A DNA stretch of 63,325 bases, filler included, from Folioceros fuciformis (GCA_049999805.1; 14 parts of 14 records of this genome joined end to end with filler, not necessarily neighbours in it), one strand, 5' to 3'. Counted from the whole stretch's first letter, positions 1-12,382 are shown. Numbers and translations are program-made. The notes: generated by a model not told the origin, from the letters alone.

Positions 1-1876
1 GGATGGGGTTTATTGAGTAGGTACGGTACATTCATTACGAGCTGGATATTTTTGCTAGGACTCATTCATAGGATGAGAAGCCGCCAATAAAGTGGAAGTT
101 TAACATGTATATGTTGCTTGGTATGACTGACGACAGTGAAGATCCTCTTGACATAGATTATGTACAGAAGATGGTTGACAAGCAAACACTGCCATATAGA
201 GTGGCTAGATGTTTATAGGTATCGTGGGATAATGCAGACAAGATATTTAAAATGTGGGAAAAGTGTGAGTTGCCAGAACAAATGACCTCGGCTACAATAG
301 GGACCAAGAAGAGGGCAAAAGCAAAACGCAAGACAAGTGACCCAGCCATTCCAAGTACATCTTCGTACGTTTCTGAGGATAACATTAGAAATCTATCAGC
401 GATGCAAGCCAGACTGTGGAGAGCCTTTCAAGGCGTCCCAGTAGGTGTGAAGGGAGAGGAGATGCTAATTGCTATGACACAAAAAGTTATTCAAGGAAAG
501 CTTCAGTTGAAAGACATGGACATTGAAGTTGGGAAGAAGAAGAAGATCCATTTGATTCAACATGCTTTCATAATTGCAATGAAGTCTTCCATATTCGAAG
601 AAGCGGAAGCTACGTTTCCGAAACACACTAAGGATGACCACCTTTTGAAGTTCCAAACAACCTTCATAAAAGTTGTAAGAAACTTTCTAGACTAGTGCTA
701 GAAGACACACTAATGGGTTCAATTCTTTTTGCAAAATCAGAAGATATAACGAACTTGGAGTCCTTGCCGAAGCCTTTCTAGGATTTTGTTTATTCGACAA
801 AGACCTGGAAAAGGATTGAAGAAGACAAGCAAAAGTCGGCCGACACCGATATGGACATAGGCTTATCGGACTTCAGAGTACCGGCCCGCAACACAAAGGT
901 GAAATATCAAGTTATTCAACGGAATGTTATGGAAATGAAGGCATTTCTTATCAAACACCCGTATACGCTGTTATTTATGGACTTGCATCGAGGGCTTCAG
1001 CGTCATAAATATAACAAACAAATGAATATCGTAAAGTTGGATGAAATGATAAGAGGATTCAGCGAATGCACATCGAGTAATATTTTCAAAGTTATTCTCA
1101 TGCATGGACTTGATCTCAATTCGGCAGCAAGGGAGGCGCTATGACCATGGTGTAAGAAGGGGAGTATACAAACTTTGATATGGGAGAAGACAAACATACC
1201 CCCAAACGAAGGAGTAGTTGAAACAGTTGAATATTTAACTGTTAAAAGTGCAGTGCAAACCGAGGCCCAAGAGTCGAAGGCTCCACTTTTTGCTAATCCA
1301 GGGTTTCTCTTACCACAGGTTATAAGGCATGGAGTGGTGGTGAAGAAGCATCTTTTCCATTCTGCAGATGCTCATGTCATCTCTTTGTACCAGAAACCAT
1401 TAGGGCTGATGAGTATGCTCGTCAATATGTTCTCCTCTAAGGGCGACTGGGTGGTGGATGCATGCGGAGGCTTTGGGTCTCTTCTTCAAAGTGCAGTTCA
1501 AAATGGAAGTCATGTGGTAGTAATCGATTTCGACATGAGAAGCACTACATATATTATGCAGCGGATTCTTGGTATAGGTTCTTTGCTTGACTCCGATGAA
1601 GAGATTACTACGGAATCCTTCAAACATGGACTATCAAAGTTATGGGCAAAAGAAGTGTGCGGCGATGGTAGTGTTGACTACAAAATGCAAGTGTATAGTC
1701 TCTTAGGGAAGAAAGGAGAGGTGCTATCCCTAAACGATGATAGGCTAATAGAGAACGGTTATGCTATTACGGTGTGGGATGAGATTTGTACTATACCGCC
1801 CCAAACAGTAGACAACCCCCACTTTTTTGTGCTAGAGGTGGAAGGCGATGACTTTGGTGACACATATGCTCAATGA
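1..1876 (+). pseudogene. Decayed long ORF (>600 codons, 5' end outside window) with C-terminal beta-class N4C/N6A DNA amino-methyltransferase-like domain; probably part of a mobile element
   Basis: Frame 3 reads from 3 to about 680 with TAG stops at 18, 69 and 216. After one frameshift, frame 2 reads to 1876 with TAG 779 and TGA 1142. Motif order resembles N6_N4_Mtase: LLFMDLHRG (degenerate motif IV, 980-991), IWEKTN, YQKPLGLMSMLVNMFSSKGDWVVDACGGFGS (motif X-I, about 1388-1480), VVIDFD (motif II). Confidence 0.65.
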
Positions 1877-2259
1877 TTGATTTTGAGGCGAACTAGGATG
1901 ACCTTGTTTTCGTTTGAGCCTGTCGTCATGAACATCAACATGGTATCTTTCAAATAGGTTTGAGATGAGGTATTCTACCGGCGCACCACATTCAACAGAC
2001 TCAAAACCTCAAGTATTTTTAAGAACACTCAAATTGTGGACTTAGTAGTTTTTGTGTTAGTTAAGTTTTTGGAATTAAAAAATTATGAAAACATATCGAC
2101 AACCTTAATGTTTAGGAGAAAAGATAAATGTGGATATGGAGCACGGATCAAACCAAATTCAAAATGCGCAAAACGGGCTTTATGGAATCCACCCGCTTTG
2201 ATCAGACCTTGTTTTGATCAAACTGTTATGATCTCTCCAAGCACTTGCATAACCCCAAC

Positions 2260-2302
2260 TATTGAAATTTCTTAGACTTGACAAGTCTAAGAAATTTCAA
2301 TA
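2260..2302. repeat. Perfect 21-bp inverted repeat with 1-nt spacer
   Basis: tattgaaatttcttagacttg-a-caagtctaagaaatttcaata. Confidence 0.9.
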
Positions 2303-2439
2303 CAAAATTTGTCAACTAACAAATTTCAAAGGCTTGTCAACTAATGGATTTCTTTCTAACAATGTAAGAAAGGCTTGAGATAGAGCAACAGTCTCAATGA
2401 GGTAACCTAGCCACTATGCAAAGTAGAAAAAAAGAAAGA

Positions 2440-2930
2440 ATGTGCTTTGCAGATTGCAGCTACATAATGTGGTTGAGAATTGTGGTTGTAGATTGTGCTC
2501 CCATATTGTACTTGTACGATGTAGTTGTACATTGCAATCTTAAATTTCAGTTGCATATTAATTGTGATCGAAGATCGCATTTGCACATGACCTTATAGCG
2601 TGTGATCGCAAAGTGTACATATAGAGTGTATTTTCAAATTGTAGTTGCAGTTTGTGGTTGCTTAGTGTACTTGTAGGATGTAAGTGTGGCTTATGGTTCA
2701 TAATTGTGGTTGCAAATTCTAGATGGTAATTGTAGTGGCAACCTTAGGATGCAAATTATGCTAACAATTTGGGCATGCACTTTGCGGTTGCGTTGTGCTT
2801 TGCAAGTTAAAGTTACAAATGGCTATGCACTTTGCAATTCCGTTTTGGCATGCACCTTGCAATTGTCTTTAGCCTTTGCACATTGCAATGAACCTTTGTC
2901 TACACATTGTAGAACCTTTTTGCGTTGAAA
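2440..2930. repeat. Degenerate TTGCA/TTGTG-rich tandem repeat
   Basis: Recurrent ttgca, gttgt and tgtgg words; no credible ORF. Confidence 0.45.
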
Positions 2931-2979
2931 CTGATTGGAGGTACTGAGAGTGATTTATTCACACCCCTTGTGTGTTCTG

Positions 2980-3620
2980 TGCAAGCACTACAAGTCATCT
3001 GCGACAACGCATATGTGAAGAGCTTAGAGGGTATGGACTACCTCTGTAATATGTATTGCTTGCATCTAGCCTTGATAATGTTTGTGCGGGGAGTGTAGGA
3101 GTAGGATGGAGCCCTTAGAGACCTACCCACACTTGTGGATTGAGTAGGAGGCCACTCCATGGGCATGGACATGCATTTCTCTTCTTTGCTCTCTTCAATA
3201 GTGTGGGGTCTCCACAATGGTGTTAGTGGGGTTGTGGTTTGGGGTGAATCCTTCTATGCCATTGACTTGCCCTCATGGGCTATGGAATAAAGAAAGTGGA
3301 TAGACAAGAAAGTGTGCAGGCCATATCCCGTTGCACTCTCACTTGGTGGTGACGAAAGCGGCCAGTCTTGTGTACAAAAAGCGCGAAGGGGACATCCCCT
3401 TGTTCTCTTCACATGAAATCAAAACCAGCTAGGTTTGCCGAGTGGCTTGATTCATTCAGTACCAGGCATATGGTGAGAGTGAGTGGTGAAACCCCATGAA
3501 TGATGAAAGCCTAGAAAAGGTTATGCAACAACTAGGATGTGTTAGAAAAGAAATGAGATGGAGCGGCTGTGCTAGAAAAGTAATGTCCCAATAAGTTGCT
3601 TTGTCCCATTGAAGGCTTAC
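2980..3620 (+). mobile_element. Degraded 3' end of an L1-type LINE (zf-RVT region)
   Basis: Frame-shifted translation GLPL*YVLLASSLDNVC...EPLETYPHLWIE*EATPWAW resembles the LINE C-terminal zinc-finger pattern (ET..HL...C...W). Confidence 0.4.
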
Positions 3621-4296
3621 ATAGCAGCATACTACCAATGCGATTAGGGTAGTTATACTAAAAAATTAGGATCGTATGCAAAACTATAAAACTTTGTATG
3701 ACATAACCCTTGACCATATCCCTATTCCATAGTATCCCATGTAAATCGTAACTATCAGAACAGTTGCGCTCCCAAGAAAACCCATGTCCGACACGACTTA
3801 GAGAAAATTATATATCAAAAAAACTCAAAAGAGAAAAATCACTGCGACACACGGCCGCCTAGGCATGGTGGAAGGGGCCTACCCACCGAGAAAACGGTTA
3901 GCCCAATTCGCGGCAGGGCCCGGCCCGAGAGCACCAGGGTCCTTGCCCGCGATCATCGACCTGCGGCCCTGCCCTGCCCCCTCGGAGGTCGGAGTGTCAA
4001 CCAGGCTCAGAGCCCCTTTTCGTCGAGTCGATCCACGAGCCGGAGAGCCGCGATCTTCGGGCCCACAGTACTGTAGCTTGCCCTTGCCTGGAGCCCCCGT
4101 TATTTGGCACGCTCTTTCTCTGAAGTTATTTATTTTAAAAAAGAAAAAAAAGGAGGAGCCGCCGATGGCACCCAACGCTCACACTGTTGTTCCCCTCGGT
4201 GACCGCGACACAGTCAGTTCTTCGCTGCTCGTGCTCCTAAGAAAACTTAACTTCTAGGGTTATTATTGTGGTACCCTTTGTACGGTTTCAGAACCA

Positions 4297-4696
4297 TGTT
4301 AGGGTTTGAACAACTCTAATCCCTTAAGTAGTTCTTCTTCACATGCCGCGATATAAAAGGGGCCTAGGCTAGCTCTGCGGTGGATGTAATCTTGTAGAGA
4401 GGATTCAATGTATTTGAGTGGAACGAGAGCACTTTAAAGGTTTTAGGGGGAAGAAGATAGATTAGGGTTCCTGCAGGTTGTGGTAGTGTAGAGTGTATGT
4501 ACGCTAGGAGAGCTTTGGAGGAGAAGATGAAGGAGAGAAGTCAGCTTTGAGTGCGAGTTCCCTTTGAGAGGACGGGGCGTCTTCGAGGCGGTGTTTCATG
4601 TGGTTCTGCTATTCCTTTCTTTTAAGTGCCTCATCCCACTCATTGGAGTATTCAGGAAGGTGGACGCATCAGGAAAAACATTCTAAAGGCATAACA
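4297..4696 (+). mobile_element. LTR-like sequence (TGTTA...TAACA)
   Basis: Inverted termini, internal TATAAAAGG and GA-rich tract; no target-site duplication found. Confidence 0.35.
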
Positions 4697-6295
4697 GTAT
4701 GTACCAAGAGGAGAGTCCGGGAGAGTCAGGCGACTTAGTAGTAGCCGTAGCACGAGCGCGGCACACCTCGTGTCAAAAGTTTTCACATAACACGAGAAAA
4801 TGAGGTCTGTTCGCGCCGGTCGATGCTAGCTAAACTTCATTTCACGGCCAGAAACCCTAAAATTGACGCCGATTCTAGGGCTTCCTGATCCCTTCTCGTA
4901 GCACTATATGCGCGGATTCGGCTCCTCGACTGTCGTCCATCTGGGGTTCCGGTTTCCAGCGAGTTCGCGCCCAGGTCCGTGGGCCTGTGTGTTGTCGCTT
5001 TGTTATTGATGTCGTGCGGATCGCCATCGTGAGTGCTTCTGGCAGAATTGAAGTAGTCTTGGTTCGCGCTTGGTGCAAGTGATGCAATGTTAATGTCAGT
5101 CTCGCGTTCTTGGCCTGTTAGTATAATCTGTAGTGGTCTGCTCGTCTGTGGCCAGCGTCTGGTTTTCTGTCACAACGGATGTGTCGGTGCAGAGCTTGTG
5201 CAATTGATGTGAAGCAAGAATAGGGACATCTCAGTGCCTTACGTGCCATGATGACTTTTCTATGGGAATCTCTCTGATGCACCAGCTCTCGCCTTCATAG
5301 CCGGCTTTTGTCGTCTGTGCAGGTGTTGTGGGCTTTCTGAACGATGGCCAAGTGCATGTGACTGATGCGCCCTCCTTTCGTCGGCCGCTTGACACTTGGT
5401 CCTATACCCTGACACATCTTCGTCTGGTCTTAGCAAACAATCTGTGAGGTCTGACGCTTCCCATGGTGATTGATGCGTAGGTTGTCAGGATGAGCTGATT
5501 GCAAAGGATTTGCGAGGTTTTTCGATCTGCTGAGTCCCCTGACAACCACCAGGTCTCTCCCCCCAAGGATATGGTGATACATGTCGTAGACATTCTCTGG
5601 CATACTGAGGACTTGCTTTGTTCCCATGTCACAGTGCTCTTCAGGGCAACTACCATTGCCCATATGTACGTGACCTAACTGCTACGTGTCCGGTTTCTCG
5701 ACCTTCGCAATTTACCACTTGCTTTGGAACAAAGCACAAATTCCCAATTCCATGGCAAGTTCCAATTCCAAGGACTTCATCTCTGCCATCTTTGCCAACC
5801 ACGTGCGAGACCCCGGGTTTTGAACTTCATCTTCTTACGATCACTCTCGGAATAAGGTTTCGTTGTCCAGACCCGCACCTGGAATGAAGCTCGAGTATAG
5901 GCACGCTGCACCCTTCACCGTAGTAAGCTTTTGGGTTACTGAAACGCGTTCTCTGAAATTACAGACATGGCGGACTGGAAACCACGCCGGCCTCCAGGCT
6001 GCTGTTTCGAGCTGAGCTGCATTGGCTTGAGACAAGTTGCTCCGAGCTGAGCTGCTGTAATCTCACGACAACCTGCTCCTACGAGTTTAGCTGCTAAGGC
6101 TTAAGCCGAAACAAGCGGGTGGCCCTGGTAAAGCACTACCTTCGAGCCGAGCTGAGGTGAGGTGAGCTTCTCGCCCGTTCGAGCTCGGCTGCTAAGGATT
6201 CCGAAATCAACTGAGCTTCATTGCTCGGTCGAGCTTGGCTGCGTATGCACCACACACAGTGTACTATACGCACTAATTCCTAAAATGACCTGTCG

Positions 6296-6533
6296 TGAGA
6301 GGTGGGGTGCACCAGGTAGTGAAGGAATGCATTACCTTTTTACATTTAATTTGGGTCCCCTGAAAGAGGTGGGGTGCGCCAGGCAGTGGAAGTAATGCAA
6401 GACCTTTTTGCATTTAATTTGGGTCCCCAGAAAGAGGTGGGGTGCGCCGGGCAGTGCAAGTAATGCATCACCTTTCTGCATTTAAGCAGGGTCTCCTGAG
6501 AGAGGTGGGGTGCCCCAGGCAGAGAAAGTAATA
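6296..6533. repeat. Tandem minisatellite, about 68-bp unit x 3.5
   Basis: agaggtggggtgc...gtaatgca...ccttt..gcatttaa...gggtc recurs at about 6297, 6364, 6432 and 6500. Confidence 0.85.
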
Positions 6534-6539
6534 TTCCTA

Positions 6540-6610
6540 GTGTAGCTGCCATGTATTCAGATTCGGTAGAGGAGAGGGAATGGTTGTCTGCCGCTTGGAT
6601 CCTAATCAAT
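6540..6610 (-). mobile_element. Ty1/Copia RNase H remnant
   Basis: SLSSTESEYMAAT motif. Confidence 0.55.
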
Positions 6611-7513
6611 GGCTGCCTCACATAGCATCAAGCGTTGTGACCTCAAGAAAGCCATGACTGGTGTAATATTTGCTTCCACCATTGATCACATATGGTAATA
6701 GGGAGTTTCAAAAATAGTAAGGAAAGACGATAGAAGACTTTGAAGATAAGATAAGCTATAGCCATGCTATAATTAGAGTCTGATGCTTCTTGTGAAGCCT
6801 AAAAGCTCCCAACTCCTTGCGTATCTGTTTGATGCATGCAAGGTACGCCTGCTCCTAAGTATCCCCAGTGCAGGCTTGTTTAGCAGGTTTGAGTGACTGT
6901 CTCATGAGTTACACATCACGGCACCTGCCGGCCATAGTACTCCATGATCTGATGAAGAATGTGCATCTTCTTGGACAAGAGGACCGCAAGAGAATCACAG
7001 ACAAGGTCTGTGGTGCAACTGAATTGCAAGGTAGGTAGAAAGTGCTGAAGTAAGTAGACATAACATATCCGAAGTTTTACAAGTTCCTACAGTTTGCAGT
7101 TTGGCAGCTTGTCAGCAGCATTGCCTTGTTTGTCAGGGAACAAAGATGCAGTGTAGAGAGGTTGACCTGCCCAAGAGTGGCGGCCCTGACAGTGTCAAGG
7201 CTCCACACGGTGCAGGCTTCTGCATTGGAATCAGCCTTCTACCCACCTGCTGAACTCTCCTAACCCCGACCTTGTGCAATTGTTTGTACACCACACGCAG
7301 AGTGTGTCCGTGTCCGTGAGATACAGTTTAGAAGCCTGCTACACTGAGCCCCTGAAATCCTGAGGGATGGTATGAACGAATGGAACAAAATTTGAAGAGG
7401 CGGCGAGGGCTAAACCTATTATGATACACCAGTTCTCAACCCAATGCCAATGCCAATGGCAAGCTCGCAGAGAGGCTCAGGAATGAAATGGAGAATCGGG
7501 CAATGCTCGGTCT

Positions 7514-7996
7514 TCACAAGGCGTCCACTTCCGGGATGGTGGAGAGGGAGGAGACCCAACTCTGCCGGGACCCAGCGCGCCGCCTTGGTCCCGGCGCTGA
7601 ATTCTGCAGCGGTTTCCGCGTGGGAACCGTGCTCCGCTTCAGGACAGGCGAGAGGCTCCCGACGCCAGCTTCCCGCAGGATCCTGGCCATGTGCTCCTTG
7701 GAGATGATGAATTGCTGTGACTTGTGCAGAGAGCGCACCGGGGACGGCTTCTCCAGCAAGAAGTAGGTGGTGCCGCCTTCCAGGAAGGCGTCCGGGGCGA
7801 GCATTCTGCCCTGCTGCCGCCGCAGCAGGGCCACGGCCGGGAAGATGGTGTAGCCCGGGTACGTCACCAGGAGCTCGCTGCACTTAATCCTGTTGGGAAA
7901 TTCCAAAACCGCCCCGTCCTGCAGCAGGATTGTCACCGCCGCATTTCTCCCCGCGCCCGCCTTCCTCAGAAACCTGAACAATCCTCCAGCCTCCAT
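7514..7996 (-). CDS. DUF4228 / PADRE-domain protein (copy 1), intronless
   Basis: VTILLQDGAVLEF...IKCSELLVTYPGY...LEGGTTYFLL and C-terminal WVSSLSTIPE signature. Confidence 0.85.
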   Translation of the reverse strand: MEAGGLFRFLRKAGAGRNAAVTILLQDGAVLEFPNRIKCSELLVTYPGYTIFPAVALLRRQQGRMLAPDAFLEGGTTYFLLEKPSPVRSLHKSQQFIISKEHMARILREAGVGSLSPVLKRSTVPTRKPLQNSAPGPRRRAGSRQSWVSSLSTIPEVDAL

Positions 7997-9564
7997 CGAT
8001 GTGGCAGCGTTGGATGCTGGTGGGCTGTTCTGTTCCGCGCTGCTCGTTTCTGTTCCCTTCGATGGAGGACGCCTTGGACTGAGCTGGGAGCGGGAGGAGT
8101 CGGAACTGCAAAGGCTGGGAGAGGACGCGGCATTTGTAATGGGCTGGGAGCTGGAGAAGAGCTGTCCAGGAAACCCCGAGCAACCAGGATTCTCAAGGAA
8201 AAACTAAATCCGAATCCTGGGAAAGCGGAATCGGAGCCTCCCGTATACGCGGTGCCATGTAAATGTGTCTGTGGCTGTTGGAGTTTACTATATGCATTCC
8301 AAAGGAGCACAAAGTAACGCCAATAAAATCGCAATCGCCGCCGACTCCCAGCGAGAGACGCCACTCAAGCCCAACAAAATCTAATCGGCTCTTTTCCGAA
8401 GAGCCGATGAAGCTCGGCCCTCAACGCTTTCAAGAAGCAGCCACTCGGGTATTGAGCTCCACCTCCTGATACCTCGCTGCTTCATGCTTAAATGGGCTGT
8501 CTCCCTCGCCATTTTTGCCGCCACAATTGGGGAGCGCCGACAATCTGGAATGGTTAATCATATGGTAGTCGTCGAGTCGAGACCATTTTTAGTATGCAAG
8601 TCAAGTCCGGCACTTACAACTCTGATTGTAACAAGCTGCTGAATGTGGACACATCTAGCACCTTACCCGCAGATTGCTCATACATGTCTCCGCGTTCATC
8701 TCTCACCTTGGGAGTTGTCTTCCCCATTAGTCTAGAGTAGTGTGTTCTATCACAGGCTCCGGGAAATGTTGCTACTCCAATGTGTAAAACATGCTTCTTC
8801 CATTTCCACTCATGGGAAGCCTCATTCCATGGGTCAAAAACGATCGACGCAGGGGAGCATCAGATTTTATCAGATGGAGCGCGTGAGTGTGAACAGAGAG
8901 GGCACTGGAGTGAAGGATTCGATGGCATTATCCATGTGTGCATGCACACATGTGCATACATGGAGACATACAGCTGCACACCACACGGACTGGTCTTCGA
9001 AGGGTAGGGACAGCCACTGCCGCGGCGGCTGGCATGAAGTTCATGTGCGGTGGGTCCAAGTCGGCATGTGCAGTCGTGTCCACACGTGATGACTCTCCGA
9101 TTTCTGAATCACCAGGTCCAGACCGACATGTACTTAAAAATGTGAACCTTCACAGAATGGTCCAAGGTCTCGAGACTACGTGGGCGGGCAGAGCCGGGAT
9201 TGGCTTCCCTGACGCCCATCTCACCAATCCGGGGACTGGTTGCTGTTGAGATGTCGTCAGAGGCCGTACAGCCCTGGCGGCAGCTGGAGCAGGGCACTAG
9301 TAATGGGTGGAGCTAGTCGAAGGGATGTGGTCCGTTGGGATCCGGAGCAGCCTACTCTGGGCTTTGTCAGAAGCTTAAAAATGGCTTGCCCATTGTTACA
9401 TACCTTAGCTTAACGCTTGCTGGACAGGTGTACACCTGTTCATTACACAAGAGGGGAAACGGTGCAAGAGCAAAATGTACAACTCCCGAGCACAAATAGA
9501 ACAGCTTCCAGGCTTCCAGCCTAGCCATCACTAATTCGCGAGTGGAAGCACTGTACCAATCAGC

Positions 9565-10086
9565 TCATACAGGAGCAATTTCAGGAATGCTGCACAGCGA
9601 TGACACCCATGTGCAGTTTCCTGCTGCCGGCTTGTGCCGTCTCACTCTCATCACAGGCTCTGGATTCCGAGATTGTACGCAATTGAGGCTCCTGGGCTCG
9701 AGGGCAGGCCTGGCTGGCCTGGAGGGGCGCCTGCCGATACTTCCTGCTCCTGCCCCGCCAATGATTCTGCCAATCTGCTCCAGGCTAAAGTCCACGAGCT
9801 CTTGGCAGCAAACTCCAGATGCTGAACTCGAGGTTGAACAGGATTCGTGGCTGCAGTCTGGTAGGAGGAGGTAGATCTGCCCAGTCTCGAGAAAGCTGTC
9901 CTTGGAAACGATCCTGGCCCGCTGTTGAGGCTTACCGTGGCTAGCCAGGCATACTTTGTGAGACGGGTGGGCAGCCAGCAGCACAGAACAGCGCATTCTC
10001 CTGTGAAATTGCAACACCTTCCCATCCTTTTGCACAATGGTTACCAATCCCTTGATCCGATCCGCCGTGCCTCCCACTGTTGCCAT
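9565..10086 (-). CDS. DUF4228 / PADRE-domain protein (copy 2), intronless
   Basis: VTIVQKDGKVLQF...CSVLLAAHPSH...LETGQIYLLLP...WVSSLCSIPE; first ATG at 10086. Confidence 0.85.
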   Translation of the reverse strand: MATVGGTADRIKGLVTIVQKDGKVLQFHRRMRCSVLLAAHPSHKVCLASHGKPQQRARIVSKDSFLETGQIYLLLPDCSHESCSTSSSASGVCCQELVDFSLEQIGRIIGGAGAGSIGRRPSRPARPALEPRSLNCVQSRNPEPVMRVRRHKPAAGNCTWVSSLCSIPEIAPV

Positions 10087-11854
10087 GACCTCCGGTCCAG
10101 AGCCCACCAATTGCCAAAAAACTTAACAGCGCCTTGGCTCGGGCTCTCTTCCTCTCCCCTAACTAAGTGTGAGTTCTTGCTCTCTTCTGCCGCTCTTCTA
10201 AAGTCTGTAGACTCTTGCGCACAAGCTCTACACCACTCGCTTCTTCTTCCTCCTCTTCCTCCCTGAACTCAGCCTGTCAGCTCTTCCCCACGAGAGACTT
10301 GAAGTTGAAGCCACACTTCATCGCAATTGCACTCCCTTGCACAGATGCCAGACAACGCCCTTCCTAGAGTGCGTACCACTGTCGGTGCAAGGTTTGAGCG
10401 GCAGCTTGCAAGACTCTCCAAAGTCGTGCTCCTGGTGAGGCAAGCACTGGTTTATAAACAGACCAGTGGGAACGGCGTTAAGGAAGCCGGTTATTCTGCA
10501 GGTTCTAGAAGGACGGTGTGTCGTCCAAGAGTCTTGCTGGTCGTGACCAAAGCCAGGCGCTATTCGTCACTACAAAGTAATTGAAGGCACGAAACCCGAA
10601 GCGCCACGTCGTCATGGTCATGTCTTTGTTTGCGTCATGCTAAGCGCAAAGTCACAGTGGTGTCCATGATCTGAGCTCTAATAACAGAGTACCTGGCCGT
10701 AATGCATGCCGTTCCGGATCACTGTAATCTCACTGCAGCGTAACCGTAACTGTTTGTATTCCGCTGTCATTTATTGCGCAAGCCTGGCAAGAAACAACAA
10801 ACTGCAGTCAACCCTCCCCTGAAAAGCATCCACTTGTGCAAAGATTGGCGCTAGTGTAGAATCCCGTTGAAGGTCGAGGACGACCGCACTCCCACAGGGC
10901 TGTAGAACAAGTCACGACCGTCTTCCGCCATTCAATCTGAGGCTTTTCATGTTTTGACTACCGCGAGTGAAGGGGGGACACTGGCCCACCTGACGCAGAA
11001 GCTTCCACTTGGAGCTGGCTGGAGTCTGGCGGCCAGCCAGGTTAGGGCAGGTTAGCGCAGCGCAACATCTGGAGACAGGCCAGCGCACATGCGTTGGGTC
11101 ACCGCGTATCTAAGCCACATCGGAAACGCGCCTGAGGAGACAATTGCTTGCTGCCTTCCTGCACACCGGTGCGCACTGTATGTAGTTTTAATAACAAGAA
11201 CGCTTGACTGTAGAATGTGGCCTCCAACATTTTCCTGATGGAACAGTCTGTCCGTCATTCCCAGCAGCTGTGACCATGGCGGCAAGCTTAGATGTGAGGT
11301 GTCAGCGGAAGCAGGTGGCCGGTTCACAAGAGCAAGTAGAGTAGTAAGCAGAGGTGATGATTCAATACCCTCGCCTGATAGCAGAACTACATCCAGTGGA
11401 CAGCCTAATGTTGAGTGAAACAAACCATCCCCGTCCCTTCATTAGGGACAATTTATTGTGCTTCTGAGGGAAAAGTGTACATCTGCAAGTAGATGACAAA
11501 AGTCATCCCAAGCGACAAGAATGTTGAATGTTGGTATGTTGGAACGTTGGAATGTTAGATGCTGATGTTGATCTCCTCCTTGTCATAGCTCACGCACCTA
11601 ACTAAGCAGCCTGAGTTATATTTACACTTGAATGGCTTGCATGCCCCGAACTTAAAGACAGCTAGCACACCAGGAACAATGTCATGACACTTTCACTTGC
11701 CTGCCTACAGCAGGCAGAAATTCCACACTTGTCGGCACCAAAAAATTCGAAACCAGCACTTCAGACACCGATTCAGACCTCCATCAGCCGAAGCCTCTCA
11801 GCCTCCGCGAAAAGCATGACGGCATTGAAACCGAATCAGGTCGCAATCAGCACA

Positions 11855-12382
11855 TCATACCGGTGCAACCTCCGGGATGGACGCCAAGGACGACACCCAG
11901 GGCTGCTTGGATCTGCCCCGCCTCCGCTTTTGCCTTCTCTCCCAAGGATCCAGATACTTGAGAGCCGCAGCTTCCGAAGATCTGGCGGGCGGACTCACAT
12001 CTCTCCCTCGTTCAGAAAGAATCCTCGAAAGGTAGTCCTTAGAGATCCTGAAGCGCATTGAGGACTCCGGCGCGCTTCCCCGCGCCTCATCCGCCGATCC
12101 TCCAGGCTTGGGAAGCAGGAAGTAGGTCTCCCCCGGTTCCAGATACGACTCGCCTTGCAGCATTTTCCCCTGCTGCTTCAGCACCAGCGCACTGGCGGGG
12201 CACAACGTGTGCCCCGGGTACGAGGCCAAGAGCTCCGAACACTTGATCCTTTGCGGAAACTCCACCACATTCCCATCGTACAGCAGCACCGTCACAACCC
12301 CGGCGCCTCCATCTCCTTCCTCGCCTTCCGCGTAGCTCCACCAGATCTTTCTCGTTGTCGCAAGCATCGCACCGGCAAGCAT
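11855..12382 (-). CDS. DUF4228 / PADRE-domain protein (copy 3), intronless
   Basis: VTVLLYDGNVVEF...IKCSELLASYPGH...LEPGETYFLLP...WVSSLASIPE; first ATG 12382 (alternative 12367); TATA-like element at about 12593. Confidence 0.85.
   Translation of the reverse strand: MLAGAMLATTRKIWWSYAEGEEGDGGAGVVTVLLYDGNVVEFPQRIKCSELLASYPGHTLCPASALVLKQQGKMLQGESYLEPGETYFLLPKPGGSADEARGSAPESSMRFRISKDYLSRILSERGRDVSPPARSSEAAALKYLDPWERRQKRRRGRSKQPWVSSLASIPEVAPV

Noticed and set aside
1-1876. Bacterial contamination as the source of the amino-methyltransferase
   Set aside because: Same ungapped contig as plant DUF4228 and Gnk2 genes and element debris, no operon context, and deamination-type decay
6296-6533. CRISPR-like periodicity
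   Set aside because: Whole units are similar with no unique spacers, in a eukaryotic context
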